64,000 nucleotides of DNA from Minutocellus sp. GHC0000111 (Eukaryota): NCBI GenBank assembly GCA_977018835.1, contig OZ361256.1, positions 5,022,001 through 5,086,000 of the forward strand. Reading direction: 5' to 3'. The stretch's first letter is position 1, and every line of letters begins with the position of its first letter. Positions 12,339 to 26,949 of this stretch are shown here, one piece after another. Both the position numbers and the translations under genes were made by a program. The notes under the pieces are model-generated. The model was not told the DNA's origin, searched no databases, and worked only from the letters and a program-made list of their open reading frames with translations.

Positions 12339-15300
12339 CTATCTTCTCTCGCGCAGATCTACGGTCCTGGGTGCGCGGGAGAAGGGACTTTTGGGCAATC
12401 TGACGGGATGTGCGAGCAAGGCTGTGTCGGAGCCGTCATCGGCACATAATCTTTCAACCACTTCGCTCCATTCCTGGAAGCGCAAATGTGAACTGAATTC
12501 AAGAGACAGTCGATCTCGGCCCCTGTGAGTGTAGTATTGTTTCCAGAACCAGAGGAGCTCTCGGAAATTTCGCAAAACATCCGACCGATCACCGATGGAG
12601 GAGAAATTTGTTGCTGTAGTTGCTTGGAGTTTAGACGCTGCCACCTTGAGATTTTCTCCTTCAAACATTTCGTCATCGTTGAGATTTATAGCGGCGATAG
12701 AAGAAACAAGAGAATCAGTAGAGGCGTGTCGGGAGTGAGGCCGAGAGCCAAAGTCGCCGTCGTCAATTCGATTGTCCTGACTTTCGTCGTTCATTCTACG
12801 AAGTTCTTGAATAACTTTCGATAGCTTCTGACGACGATGTGCGAATATGGCTACAACGATGGCAGTATTGAGGCAGCAAATATTCTCGTGATTGATATTT
12901 CGGAGATCCACAGCGCGCAACAGATCTCGAAGTAGCCTGGCCTCGTTGATGGCCAAAAACCAACTCAAGCGCTCAACAGTGTCAGGGCAAAACGTGGCAT
13001 CGAACAAATTGCTGGCACTGGTTTCTCCACCGTGGGGAGAGAACGTCCATCCAAAATGATTCGTCCCAGGCCTTGCAGAGTACTGGGATGTGTCGCCCCC
13101 AAAGATAGGCAGAGGGACATCATTGGCAATTGATGGCATCGGTGGGTACCAGTCTGATTCACGCTGTCCGTCGAGAGATGCCTCGACCACACTAGCGGGT
13201 GCGCGCTCATGGATAGGGACATCAAGGGTGTTGCCGGACATTTCAATTCCGTTCCGCTCGATTTCTCCACTAGCAGTATTCGACGGGAGACTCATGGTTG
13301 GAACATCCCACCATGAATGAGTGAGGTAGGACCTCGATGATGATCCGACATCACTCAGCCATGGCAAAAAGTATTCGTCATCGCCGTCTGTGTCACCATT
13401 CCATGCCAGTGGGCCCGACCCTCCATCAGAAGACTCCAAAAGTCGCATCCGTTCCTCTTGTTGGAGGTCGGCTTGACGCGCGGATGTGATTCGTTCAACG
13501 CTAAGTAGTAGCGCTCGGATGAATACGTTTGAATCGACGAGATTTGTCGCAGCCACAGACATCAATCTTTGGAATCGCTCCTCTGTACCTAGGGTTTCCA
13601 ACAACATGGTCAGGGAGCTGACATTGCCTTTGCATAGTTCTCCTAGAAGATCGAATGCAGTCTGAAGTGTCCCGGCGGTATGAAGACGGTCATCAAGCAG
13701 GTCCTCAACCAAATATTCGACAAGACCACTGGAGCGTGCGACAAACCACTGCTCTCGTGGCGATGAGCCTCGGAGATAACTTTCGGTGCAGGATGCAAGC
13801 CAAAACTTGTACGGCGAGTCATCTGCCTCGCACTTGTATGCAATAATTATTTTGGATAACAGCCCTTTCCTGCCGCTGAGAGGCCGTCTCACGCTGGTGG
13901 GATCGCACTCGTCTGAAAATACAAAAGATCGCTCGGAGGGAGCAAGAAGGAGCCTTCTACCGTAGTAGTTGTCGCTATCTCTGTCGCAGAAGTTATGCAG
14001 TAGTCGAAGATATTGGACTCTCAGGGCAGATTCAGGATTGCATTCGCATCCTTTGGTGTTGATGAGATTTGTAGGGAACGAAGTCACGTGCGGCAACGGA
14101 TTAGAAAACTGAAGGAAATCATTTCAAAAGCACAGAAAGCACAAAAAATCCCACACCTGCTTGCATTAATAAAACACCAAAAAATAGAAAAGAAGAGACT
14201 CAACCAACTTACCCGGTCCGTGGATCCCGGCGTGTTCCTCTTCGTCATTTTCATCTTGATTCTGGTTGGGGTTTGAGAACCCGAAAATAGCAGAAGCTGC
14301 TTCATCATAGCCATTTCCGTTCCCCGTCGAAGAGGCACTCGTTGTAGAAGAGGCGCCGGCGTCTTCGTTCTGCTGACCGGTTGGGGTCCATCCTAAACGC
14401 TCAAACATATCGTCCATAAGAGGTACAAGTCCCAACCGACCCAGCAAAGTTTGGGCGTCGATCTTTCGTCATCCACCAAGCAGAGTACAAAGAACAAAAA
14501 GAACTTCGACTTGATATGGTGCGAGAAGGAGAGCGTTGAATTGAAGTTCGTTCGCCGCATCTGCTTCATGGGAAAGACGTCGACGATCGCGTTGTGAAGA
14601 TCCCACTGCGGAATCACTGGCGCTGCCTCTGCCCGTGTGGGCCGGAGAGGGCTGCGCCTGTTCATGTTGCCCATCGTCCTGTACTTCTACGACAACACGA
14701 GCTGCAGCGGCGCCGCCTGGCGAATCATTTTCTAGAGGAACGGTTCGGATGGAAACAGAAGTATTGCCGGTCGTATTTTCCGAAGCAGCACCGGTGCTGG
14801 GGTTTGACTGGGACGGTCGCGTTGTACTTGAAGCCCCTCCGGTTCGTCCGCGCCTTTGACCTACAATGACGCCAGATCTCTGGGCGGCATTGATGACTTG
14901 GATTATATGCCCCAGATGCGTGGCGTTTGGATTACCGCCACCGCCATTTCCATCGCCCCCACCGAGCCCAAGTCCCTGTGCGAGATCATTGTTTTGGTCA
15001 GTATTGGTAGATGGGTTCAATAGAGGTCCCGCAAGAGACTCGAGCATCCTCGCAACCGAACCAAGTTCTGAAGGTCTCAACTGATCTCCAGATCTGGACA
15101 GACGATCTAGTCTCCTCACTTAATCCCAATCGTCCAATTCGCTTAGACCCAGCATTAAGAGTGTGTCTGCAATCCAAGGGAAATGAGCCATGACGTGATA
15201 GGCGCTGGCCCCTCTAGACATATCTGGAGCGTAGTTCATAACATTCAGGAGGGATAAGAGTCGCTCAATGAGATTTTCATCACCAAGTATGATGGACTGG

Positions 15301-18300
15301 TTTCTGTCAACGGCACAGCCATCACCTCCGCCGGGTGCAGCTCCTCCACCAGAGCGGGCGGCTCGATCTCGACGAAGCTGCAGCAATTCCACTGACTTGA
15401 GGACCGACGGACTCTCCATCAATTGGCGGTCTTCGGGCTCGAACACGAGCAGAGCAAGGATGCGGCAAAAATGTGCCAGCTTACGCGGGTTGAAGGACGA
15501 CCATAATTCGTAAAGGTCAGTAACTTGCGTGAGAGAGAATGTCAAGGATGGTGGAGGCGGATGCGGGGTGAATATCCCTCCTAGTGCACACGCGGAAGAC
15601 GCTGCTGTTGTTGTCGCCGAGGCGCTGCCATCGGTAGCATTTCCGCCGCCATGACCGGAGCTAATTCCAGCCGCCGTCAAGCCGGCTGGACCTCCAACCT
15701 GACTCTGCAGACTTAGCATCTCCTCAATCAACGATGCGGCACCATCAAATAAGTTGTCATGTGACAGCATTGTAAAGAGATAAGGAATTAAACGACCGCC
15801 CTCATTCATCTCCCCACCAAGGGCAACAAGGTCTGGCATGGCGTATGCCATCTCGCGTAGAAATGCCATTACCTCATTGAAGGTGGGAGCCAATTTAGCA
15901 CTGACGAGATCGGAGGGGATGTTCCGAGCATCGTTGGTGGATGCGGTGTGAAGACCGACAAAAGCAGGACTTTTCAGCACATTAATCAAAAGAGAAACAC
16001 CTGACGACTGGCGAAATGTCAAGCGCTCGAGACCAAGACGGTTGCCTCCAGCATGGTGCGGTGGAAAAGTTGGATTGTGCGGATCGAGGATTGATGGGGG
16101 ACGGGCGTACCTTCTCCATCATTGCTCCCCCTTGTACCTGCTCTTCCGCCCATCCTTGCTGCAACTTGCTCCGTCGGATCACCAATAAGTCGAGGTGCCA
16201 AACGAGAAACAAAAACCGTGACCTCTGCCCAGTCTGCCTCGTCGAGTGCACGCGCAAGAAGCTCGGCTTCTGATGCGATACCGCCCGCCGGTCGATCTAC
16301 ACGCTGAAATAGTGTTTTCCCTCCTAATCGGCGAAGACGGGAGTTCTGGGAAAGGGTCACAGGGCGACCAGGAGCTGCTCCCGCTGCATTTGGGTGTGAC
16401 TGCTGTCGGTCGACGCGCCGATGACCATGAGAATTCGTAGTGCTCGTTCTGCCTCTATTGCGTTGAGAAGACCTTTCGCGAGTAGGATCATTTTCTACCT
16501 CGTTCACATCGTCTTCAGCATCTGCTCTTCCTCGACTGTTGGCATAAAACTCGTCGCGAAGTTGGATCTCCTCCACGCGACGATCAGTTTCCCCGCTGGG
16601 TCGGGGGTACAGCAATCCTCCTTCCATCGGCGCCAGATGTGAAGACGAATGCGTGAGACCTCCGATTCTGTCCACGGCCCCTCCCACAGAAGGAAGACGT
16701 CCGCTGTACTCGCGAGACATGAGAGTAAAAACCTGACTGGGACCACCGCCTCTTCCGGTCTGTCTTTCGGCTGAATGCCTTTCGGCTGAGCTCGAACGAG
16801 GCCTCCTCTTCTTGCTAGTAGGGGTCGAAGCACCCCCAGCGGTGGTGCCGGTTGCCCCCGATCTGTTGGCAAGGATAGGTATAGGTCCAACCGACCCACT
16901 CAGAACCAAAGTTTCGATAGAGCGAGACATGAATTCTGATGGCTCAGCTGGGTCAGGAACGAATGGAATGGAAGCATGCGCGTGCTCTTGGATGCTTCCA
17001 ATCCCCATCGGAGTTTCGCCCTGGAAATGATTGGAGGAAGATATCCCTTGCACATTCGGATCTTGTGGTGTGGCATAGGCACCGGTATGTCTGGAGGCGT
17101 CTGAAACGGGCAATGTGGTCGGTGGCTCTCCCCGCACTCCCTGCTGCATGTGATGATGCTGTAGTTCGTCCTGTACGCTCTGGCTCCGGCCGATGGCATA
17201 GTTGCCGGTGAAACCTGCGGCGCTGTTGCTTGGATTGGTGTTGGCATTGCCATAGACGACGTAGCCACCATGGCTACCCATTCGCCCGCCGCCTCGAACA
17301 ATATCCGGATCGTCATCGTCGTCGTCATCTTCTCCAGACTGCTCCGCCATGGTGTTCATTCCATCCTGAGGGTGGCGGTATTGATCGTAATCCAACGAAT
17401 TCATAGAGGAATAGAACTGAGATGGTTGCTGCTGCATGTTGTGCTGATAGCTAAGATCACTGGTTGAGCCCTGCATCATCCCGATGGACGATGTGTCCGA
17501 CATGCTGTCTTCGCCCCAGCTGAACAGGACATGTCCCGAATCCGACGACCGTCTCGTCTGTGCAGATGGCCGACGAGTTCGGAGCCGTCCCACCGACGTC
17601 GTTCCGGGATGAGCCTGCATCACCTGCGCCGCCGTTGCCGAGTCGACGGAAGCAGAGGTATTCGTCGAGGCGACGGACCGCACCGACGATCGGCGACGCG
17701 TCGCTGTGAAGCTGGATCGGCGACTACCACTGGACGACAGAGGCTGAGTCTGTTGCCCCTCCAGCTGACGTTGCGGAGGCTGCTCCTGATCTTCTCCTTC
17801 TTCCAAGATCACATCGGCCGTCAAATCTGGAGGGTGCATCTGCATTGCATATGAGCGCTCCTGCTCTTGCTCCTGTTCTCGCTCGGTAACGTTCCGGCCA
17901 TCGCCGCCCGAAAGGTGCAAGCCCATATCTGCAGCGCTCGTCGAGGAGTAATATTGCGATGCGGGAGGAGTCACGGCAAGATCATCGTGGTTTAGCCCAC
18001 CCTCGTCCTCTTCATCGCCATCAGCGCTGTCATCATCATCCCCATTACCATTGCGACCCAATTCACCGAGAGTTCCCAGCGCCGACGAGGGATAGTTGTG
18101 AGAAGAAGATACATGTAGCGTCGACAAGTCCTGCGGTGCTGCCGACGAAGATGCCAGCGACGTATTGGACGAGCCACGAAACAAGGACGAGGAGGGATGC
18201 GACGTCATTTGACCGAACTGATTGAGATATCCACCGCCGGCACCCCTGCCGCCATCAGGGCTACTACTAGACGTAGCATCCATCCCCCCTTCCGCCGCAA

Positions 18301-18907
18301 GAGCGGCGGCGGCTGCGTCGCCGGCCCGAAAGCTCGCCGTCCGTCCCTCGACGCTGATGGGAATTCTTATGTCATCATCGTCAATCTGCATATTGTCGGA
18401 AGCGGCACCAGTACCAGCACCTTCGGTGGGAATCATCATCGGTGGCAGTTCCGTACCGATGCCCGGTTCCGATCCCAGCACGGCAAGTTCGGCCTCCCGT
18501 GCGGGACTCATGGTCTCCGTTGTCGCCGCCACGGCAGAAGCAGAAGCAGCAGCTGCCCCACTGGGACTCGACGGTGGGATCATCGGCCCGGTCCCCATCG
18601 TCGTTCCCGACCCACCAGCCCGCCACAGCCGTCTGCCGCCAGATCCGGCAGATCCAGGAGGCGTCACGGGCGGCAGGGTCGGGGAGGCGCCACCGCCTCC
18701 GCCGTCGCCTCCTCCGCCGCGGGGACGGGCTTCGACCGGCGACGGAGATGACGGGGCCGCGCGCAGATCGGCGGCACCACTATCGGTGGCGTTCGCACTC
18801 TGAGATGGCCCCGAAGCCGATGGCGCCTGTTGGTCATCTGCGGAGGGTTGTTGTCCCCCCTGACCTTGGCGCCGGCGTCGTTCGTCGCCGGACTGCGAGT
18901 TGCCCAT
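12339..18907 (-). pseudogene. TRPC4AP: TRPC4AP/TRUSS-like protein with long disordered N-terminus; frameshift ~16090, TAA 15120-15122, TGA 14469-14471; intron 14051-14212
   Basis: HGPG|CECNPESALRVQYLRLLHNFCD, FWLASCTESYLRG, INHENICCLNT, RDRLSLEFSS; segments collinear across the stops (DDWD*VRRL; LLGG*RKIDAQ). Confidence 0.75.
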
Positions 18908-19340
18908 CACTTGCCCTGACTCTGCACTCAGTGCAGTTTCTCTGTCGACGCGTCTCGTGACGCTTTGCGATAATAATTAAAATCAGAATGCCGAATCGGA
19001 ATGGAAGCCGTACTAGTACACAACGGACGCCAGCACGAAAAGGCTCCAATTAGCAGTAGTGGGTCGCCACACAAGTCAGCAACAACAGCAGCAGCTGGTC
19101 CTCTCAGTCCCACCGCGTACCGGCCGCTCTTTGCGAGAGCAGAGCAGTCAAGCAAGCTGCTATTGCAAAGCAAGCACCGGTGTTGAATCAATTCACCCTT
19201 CAGCAGTCGAATCTCGTTGACCGTTGACGCCACGGCCGAAAAGGCAAGCGGATCTGACGGTTGTATCTTTTCCATCATTAGTCCATATCTCGTAATTGGT
19301 AGTATCCGCGGAAACGATCGCAGCATCATTTCATCGCATT

Positions 19341-21966
19341 ATGAAGAGGGCTGGTAACGATCGCGAAGGCGACAGCAGCAGCGGCGACAAGAAGCGGGGT
19401 ACTCTCGAGAGTTTCTTCGGGTCCAGTCCGAAAAGGAGAAGCATCAAGAAAAAGGAGACCTCGGCATCAGCAGCACCATCCGCCCCAGCGCCAGCGAACA
19501 ATAACCATGGTGGCAATCAATGCTTCTCTCCAAGTCGAGGAGACAAGAGGAAGGCTGTAGGTCTTGGCTCGCCAACTGGTTCGCGAAAGCACCATGCCTC
19601 CATCGGCGCTCTGAATTCTCCTGGGCGCAAGTCGCTCGGTGGCATGCGACAGCAGGGCATTGCCCAGTTCGCGTCGCCATCATCCAAGGCCCAGTCCAGC
19701 CCAAAGCCAAAGGTTTCGCGCTCGTTTCTTCGCCAGGACTCTCCAGACCCCACCGACGAGGTTGGTACTCTCGACCAGGACGGCACAGTCCATGGTTTCA
19801 GTGCCCATCAGATGGTGATGAATATTCAATTTGAGCGAGATGCTACGATGGTGCTCCGACCGCCTACAGGCGACGAGTTGCCGAATCAGGCCATGCAACC
19901 AAAATACCTTCCCATGAATGATGAACAAATGCGAGTTGTTAAACGATCAGCAGATGAGCCTCTGTCGGTTCGTGCCGGAGCTGGTAGCGGAAAGACGCAC
20001 ACGATGGTACAGCGGGCGGTGTTTCTCGTCAAAGAGCGTGATGTAGAGCCAGAGAAGATACTCATGGTTACGTTTTCAAAGAAGGCAACGGAAGAACTCA
20101 AGGGGCGGATAGCAAATGTTTTTGCGTACAGTGATGCTACAATTGGTGACATTACGGTACCGCTCCCTACCATAAAGAACTTCCATTCGCTCGCCTTCTC
20201 TTGGATATGCCGATGTTGGAAGGCCTGTGGTCTTGGGGAAAGACCTACCGTCCTTGCCACAAAATCTCAACAGCAGCAGCTGATGGGCCGTGCTCTTGAA
20301 GCCAATGTTGATCGCCTCAGGTTGGATAAATGCAGAATTATGCTGGGCAAAAGAAGAAACGTTGGGGCCGAAGGAGGTATTTCGTGGTTGGATGTGGAAA
20401 ATATTTGCAAAGAGAATTGGAACAACGAGACGTTCGATAAGATCCACAAGATGGCCGAAGCTTTTGCAGATGAGATGATCTGTCAGTCTCTCAAGGAAGT
20501 TGAATCGATGAAGGTAGAGGATCAGGAAAGCTTACTGAATGATCGCCAGCTGATCGCAAAAGCAAAGCTGAGAGAGCTTTGTTATCTGGAACTGCTCCGT
20601 CAAAAGCTGCATCCACAAAAGGAGCTCGACGCTATCAGATGCCCTTTCGAAAGTAGATGGCTACCCCAAACGGCTGAGCGAAAGCAGAAATGTAATCAAT
20701 ACCTTGAAATGGTGCAAAAGGCTCGCCTTGAAGGGCATAGCAAGAGCGATTACATTGCTGAAGATGCCAAAATCTGGGAAATCTACGATAAACTGCAGCT
20801 AGAAACTGGCCAGATCGATTTTGACACAATGTTGACAATTTTTACGGACAAGGTGCTCGGAAATCCGACGATAGCAAGGCGATTCCACGACCTTGAGGAT
20901 GCAGCGCGTGCAATGAGTAAGACTGGTATCGGACTCTCCAAATCTCGACATTCTGCACTTACCAAATTCCTAGCACTTGTTGATAACATGCGAAACGAAT
21001 CCAATCGCCTCCTTTTGCCAAAATTTCTTCAGTATGTCTGGGTCCAATCTGGACTCGAAGAACTACAATAACAAAGCACCCGCACCTGAGGCAGATGGGC
21101 ACAAAAAAATTCTTGATTCCACTAGTAGGAATGATAGTCGTACAGAAAATACAGATTCTGACGCGTCTTCAGAGGATCATGTCGATTTATCCGCGATAAC
21201 GGATGTATTAGTCGACGATTCGTGGAAAGATGAAAGTCGGCACTTCCCGCCCGAAGTCAAATTGTTACTCGAGTTAGCTGAAAGGCATGTCGATGAGTGG
21301 AAAGAGCGAGAAGGGAAAGTTTTAGAGCAGCATTGCAAACAAATCCCTTCTCTAGTAGAGATGGCACGGAAATCCATAAAGCAGAACGATTTACCTCTTG
21401 AGGATCTCCCAGAACACATTCAAGACGATATTATTCTTGCACCAGATGCGCTTGGAAGGCCAGTGATTCGAAGTTTTCTGGCTGAAATTGCGCTTCAACA
21501 ATCAGTGGAAGAAGATGAGTCTACTTTGAATAACCACGAGGCTGGAAAAGTGAGTATTAGTACCATTCACAGAGCCAAAGGCCTTGAATGGAAAGATGTC
21601 TATGTACCGTTCTTCAACGATGAATTGATGCCAACGAAGCCACGCGAAGATTTCCACCCAAGTGGCGGAGGGGAGCGTCACGTGCAAGGTTGTAATGCAA
21701 GGAATGGGAATCGGTGCGATGGGGGTTGCAGGGCCTTCTTTGCTGAAAGAGATGATTCCAAGAAGCAAAGATCTGCTGCCGAGCGGCATGAAGATGAAGA
21801 ACGTCGACTTGCTCACGTCGCCGCAACAAGAGCGAAAGATCGTCTCGATTTTGTTGCAATCGGTGACTACAATCGCAAAGACATACAGGTTCAGCCTCAA
21901 GAGACCCCCTTTTTGAAAGACTTGGAGCAGTTCCCAAGTTCAATTATCAAGAAGGTTGACAAGTAG
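19341..21966 (+). pseudogene. UvrD/REP/Srs2-type SF1 DNA helicase with internal deletion and frameshift (~21062)
   Basis: Walker A AGAGSGKT, VTFSKKA, NFHSLA, IDFDTML, STIHRAKGLEW, EERRLAHVAATRAKD present; Walker B (DExQD) and motifs III-IV absent after RRFHDL. Confidence 0.8.
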
Positions 21967-22064
21967 AAAGGTTGACACACTATGAAATACATTTTCTTAT
22001 AATCTATGATTAACGAGAATGACACCACCATAACGATAACATGCGTGGTATTTTGATATTCAAA

Positions 22065-25000
22065 CTAAGAAATTGTTTCGGGGTGAGCCTGAACAAGTTG
22101 CTCAGCCTTTGCCGTCGCACCCCATTGAATGTAAAGCTTGTGAGAGCGAGTCATATAACTTGTAAATAGCCCCTCATCACCAATTTCCTCGAAGAATAGA
22201 GCCGCCCGTTCGCAAGCGATTGCCTCATCATTGAGAAATCCGTTTGCCTTTGCCGTTGTCACGGCGGCATCGAATAGTGCTTTTGCTCGCTCCCTCTTCT
22301 TCTTGGACTTTTGCCCCGAAAATGCAGCATCCTCTGCCCTGAGAAGTAATAACTTATGGGAATTATTGCTAGGGCAATTCTTGGCCCACCTAACAAATTT
22401 CTTCGCCATCCGTCTTCCTCGTCGTCTCCATCGCATACGACCTCCCTTCATATTAGTGCAAACGACGACAGACCATCGTAAAATGCCTGGACATTGATGG
22501 CATAGAGAGCTGGAAATTTATCCTCGATGTCTTGTATAAATCGGGAATGTTCAGAAGCAAGCTCGTATTCTCCGAAAAGGTACGCCACACAGGCCGCATT
22601 CATTCGATAATAGTATTCCAGCAACGCATTTGTCGTTGCCGCCGAACGGTTTAAAATTTCGCTCTCCTCGCATGCATCTCCATTAAGGAGGGAAGGATCT
22701 TCGGAAAATCCTGCCAAATTTAAGGCAGCTTGATACGTCGGCAAGACCAAGTCTGAGGCTGTATTCTTCTTCGCCTTGGCAAGTTCTCTCAAACAGGTCC
22801 GCTGCTGTTCAATCAACAAGCTTAGGGTTTGGCCGCAATAGAATCGATGGATACTGTGAATTGTTAGCCCATACCATGCAAACTCAATGTCTCCAACCTC
22901 GAGGCCAACCTCATATACATTCAATAGTGGATCAAGTGTCAATAAGAGAGAGGAATGCCAATGGTTGATGAAGCCATAAACCAGTGTGTGTGTCTTGGGC
23001 AACGTGTCTTTCTTTGCCAGGGATAGTCCGAGCTGCCCAAAGCGATAGGCACCGCTGACGTCCTTGAGGAAAGCCACGAGCATAATACCATAGGCAGCAA
23101 ATGCAAAGGATCCGATGTCATGCATGCCATACCGCAGTATTAACTGACAGGTCTGGAAGATTACAATCGGGAAATAATCTGAACCGAGGATATATGTCAC
23201 CTACGGACGGAGTAGAAAAGGGAAAGGTGCAGAGGCGAAAAAGCGCGCAATTAGGGACAATAAAAGGAAGAGACAATTAGGGCGGAATTGGTAACTCCAC
23301 ATGCACTCACGGATCCCAGCACAGCATTGTAAACCATGACTTTTGAAATACGTTCGTCTGTCATTGGAGGGATGGCAAGGATATCATCATCAGATTTATT
23401 ACGAAGAGATCTCTTAGTCTTCAAGAGTTGGATGAGGATATTTGGGATATTCGGACTTCTCGGCAGGGGTTCATCTAATTTTTGTAAGACGCCGAGTGAT
23501 CCAGATAGCGCAGTGTTCAAATCTCCAATGAGCATGAGGGATTTAATATTGCATGTTTCCGCATAGAAAATATCATCAAAAGACCTGGCTTTGTCACGCA
23601 CTGTGTCAAGGATAGCTTTCGACCCTTCAAAATCACCAATACAATAGTTTAGCTCGGCGTACAAATTCGATAGATGGAGAGTGAGTTCATAATGATCGTT
23701 CCATCTTGTATTCTCGTCACCCAAGAGCTCAAGGCCTATCTGAACATACGTTAAAGCAGAGTCAAAGGCGCATGCGGCGTAGGCCACGTCCCCAGCCCTT
23801 GCGTTCAGCTTCGCGAGATCAATTTGATCGTTTTGATCGACAATTTTACCTCGATTTCGATGGTCGGTGGCTCGGAAAATTAGAGCAGGGGGTGCGCCTG
23901 CAACTTGGTCGAGCTCTCGTTGGAAAAATCTACCAATTTGTGAATGTAGATCACTCTTTTCTTCGTCAGGGACAAGATTATACGCCGCTTGCTGTATGCG
24001 ATCATGAGAGAATCTAAATCGTAAGTCCTCTCTCCGCAAAGACAGAGAGTTCCGTCGCATCTGTTTGATAATGAAACCTTGCTTGGAGAGTTTGTTGAGC
24101 TGTTTCTCCACTTTGGTTTCAGGAGCTCCTGAATAATCGATATGTCAAATATTGCGCCAACGCAGGAGGCCTTCTTAAGCACGACTTGTGCATCCGTGGA
24201 CAGAGACTCAATCTTCTGAGCCATTACTGTACAAACGTCGTCACTTATTGTCTTGGCGTCTGCACCAATGACATCCCAAACCCAGCGCATGTCAGTGGGT
24301 GAGTAAACGAGGAGGCCATCATCGGCAAGCGCAGAAATAAACTGAGTAGCGAAGAAAGCATTTCCCAAAGACTTGCGGTGGACAATGTCTGCAAGGGGCC
24401 GGGTGTATCTTCTCGGCAATCACAATCTCTCAGAAACAAATGAATTGACATGATTGACGTCCATGTTAGCTAATTCGACGCTACTAACGGGAACACCATG
24501 TCGCTTCATGTCTTCGATCAGCATTGAAGTTTGGTGTGAAGAATCCATTTCATCGTCCCGATAACATCCAATAAATAGAAGATGCTTGTTGCTATCATCC
24601 ATCACCAGCGTTCGGATAAGATCAAGGCTCGGAAAATCAGCCCATTGGATGTCATCGAGGACAATGATCAATGGCCGCGACGGGCGACAAATTGCTCTTG
24701 CAAAGCACATGGCGATGTATCGGAAGCGATTCTGCGCTTCAATTCCTTTCAAATTGGGTACATCAGGCTGTTCTCCTAATAGTTCGATAAGGGAGGGAAA
24801 CGTGTCACAAAGGACTTTGCCATTAGATCCCACTGCGTCCATTATACCCTTCTTGACTTCTTCGATGCTCTCTTCATCTTCGGCAAGTATAGAGTCGACC
24901 AACTGACTTATAATCAGTGATATCGCGGAGTACTGTTCCGTACTTTTCAATTGGTCAAATTTTGCCGTGCAGAAAACACACTGAGTCACCATCGACTTCA

Positions 25001-26483
25001 CTTGTCGAAGCAAGGAGCTCTGAACGAAGAAAAAGAAAATTCAAAATTTGTGAAAAGGACAAAAAGCTCAGACATGATGGAATCCAATGAAAGAATTACA
25101 TTCATATCTGCTTTCACTTTGCATCAAACGTACCTTTCCCGTTCCGGATCGTCCCATAACAAGCATTACTTCTGTCGTTCCTTCAAACTTTCGCTTGGCA
25201 TCTAGAAGTTTGTTTGTAGCTGCCATTAGCAATGTGAGTTGCTTTTCCCGACCATACAATTTGCGAGGGGGTCTCTGAAAGATGGTCTTTCGAATATGTT
25301 CTGGTTTTGGATCTGAAATGAATATAGCAGGATCAGCTAACATCTCATCTAAATCCGATGCCACTTCTCTCGCCGTGTTATGTGCCGTTGCCCTGTTTCC
25401 GCGACCATGATCTTCGAGGTCCGCCAAGACCCGTCGCATGGATTGAGGCAAATTGCTTGGAAACAAGGCATCGTTTTGAAACTCCTCTTTAACCGAACCG
25501 AGGCTAGAGATGCTTTTAAGACCAAACGAAACATGACCGCTACTAGCCACGCCAACGTCAATGAGACTCGAGTGAGACGATGTCGTATCCTCGTACGACG
25601 ACGTAGAATTGGTGTCATCGCATGCACTTTCGCGGTTACTTCCAAAGTTGTAAACGGATGTCATGCCTCTACTAATGCCTCTACCTCCACCGTTTGCGAG
25701 TATGGCCCCTTTGTTCTCAATAAAAGTCCTCGAAAAGTCTCCCGTTGCTTCACCATAACTTAATCGTTTGCAAGAAGAGTGGAAACTAGACATGGCCGCA
25801 TCTTCGCCCTCACCTCCAAGGCTGAATATGATTTTAAGGAGCTCAGCCATCTGGGGCAGATCATCATTCACTCGTTCACCTTCGTCGCATGCCTCCAAAC
25901 TGTGTGATTGGTCCGCATAAGCGAAGTCAATAATCGTACAAGCATCGCCACTTGGTGAGACAATAATATTGCTTGCATCGCGAAGATCGTTGTGGATGAC
26001 TCCAGCATCGTGAATGTCCGCAACTGCACTTGCAAGGGCATGTGCCAGCTTTACCTTATCCAAAACAACGGCACTTTCTGCACTGACACCCTTCGTATCA
26101 TCATATCCATTGCGCGCGTTAGCTTCCTCTTTCAAGATGGCCAATGCCATTTCCTTATTTTTCTCCCTGAGCCAGTTCGAGAGAGTTTCGCCCTCGATCC
26201 ACTCATAAAGCACAGCTCTCGTTGGGCCCATGCCGTCGCGGAGATCAAAATTATCCTCTCTATCTACAACAGTCCGGACAGAATGGCATTCCGCCATGCG
26301 CTCTAATCGCAAAATAGTGTACTCGTTGTTCATACCAGTTAGAGCATCAGAGCGACCTCGCTTACAAGCCTTGATGGCAACATCTTTCTTCAATTCACCA
26401 TCAGCATGACCGTGAACTCCCTTGAAGATGAGAAAAGTATCGCCGTCATGGATCAGCTGAGAGGATTCAAGTGAGGTGGTCAT
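22065..26483 (-). pseudogene. kinase-like + AAA_16/STAND ATPase + helical-repeat signalling protein; introns 25020-25133 and 23201-23310; TGA 24420-24422; frameshifts ~24112 and ~22450
   Basis: VAIK, IHNDL, IIDFA; LYGRE..GRSGTGK|SSL; LIIVLDDIQWAD; GNAFF; FRFSHDRIQQAAY; HKLLLLRAE..EAIACERA. Confidence 0.78.
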
Positions 26484-26949
26484 CGTACATTTACGTTAAT
26501 TGTGCTAGATATTTGTTTAGCAGGTTGTGTCGATTCCTCGTGCAACTTCTTCAAGCAAGTTTGTGTTCCACAGTCGGTCAGCTTCAAGATCGGCAGCAAG
26601 TGTTCATCAATCGGCGCAGAAAGCGCTTGACTGAGACCGCGGCCGCGGCCGGGGGGGGGGCGAGAGAGGCAGGCTAGGCCTACATGTAGGCCTACTTGTA
26701 GCGCAGGGCTGCTGCTGCTGCTGCGCTGTTCTTTCTCATCTATGATTGTGACATCAGTCTTTTCATATTTCTGTCTGATGAAGTATGACTTGGACGGAAA
26801 GTTAAGAGGAAACGTCGGTGCCGGGCAGTAGCACATCATGCTGTACCCAAGGTAGATCTAGGTACCGGTCGGTACCAACTCTAGAGCTAGAGTCTAGCTA
26901 GTAGGTACAATTTCGTACCGTGATAATCACCGTATACCAGAGGATAGAC

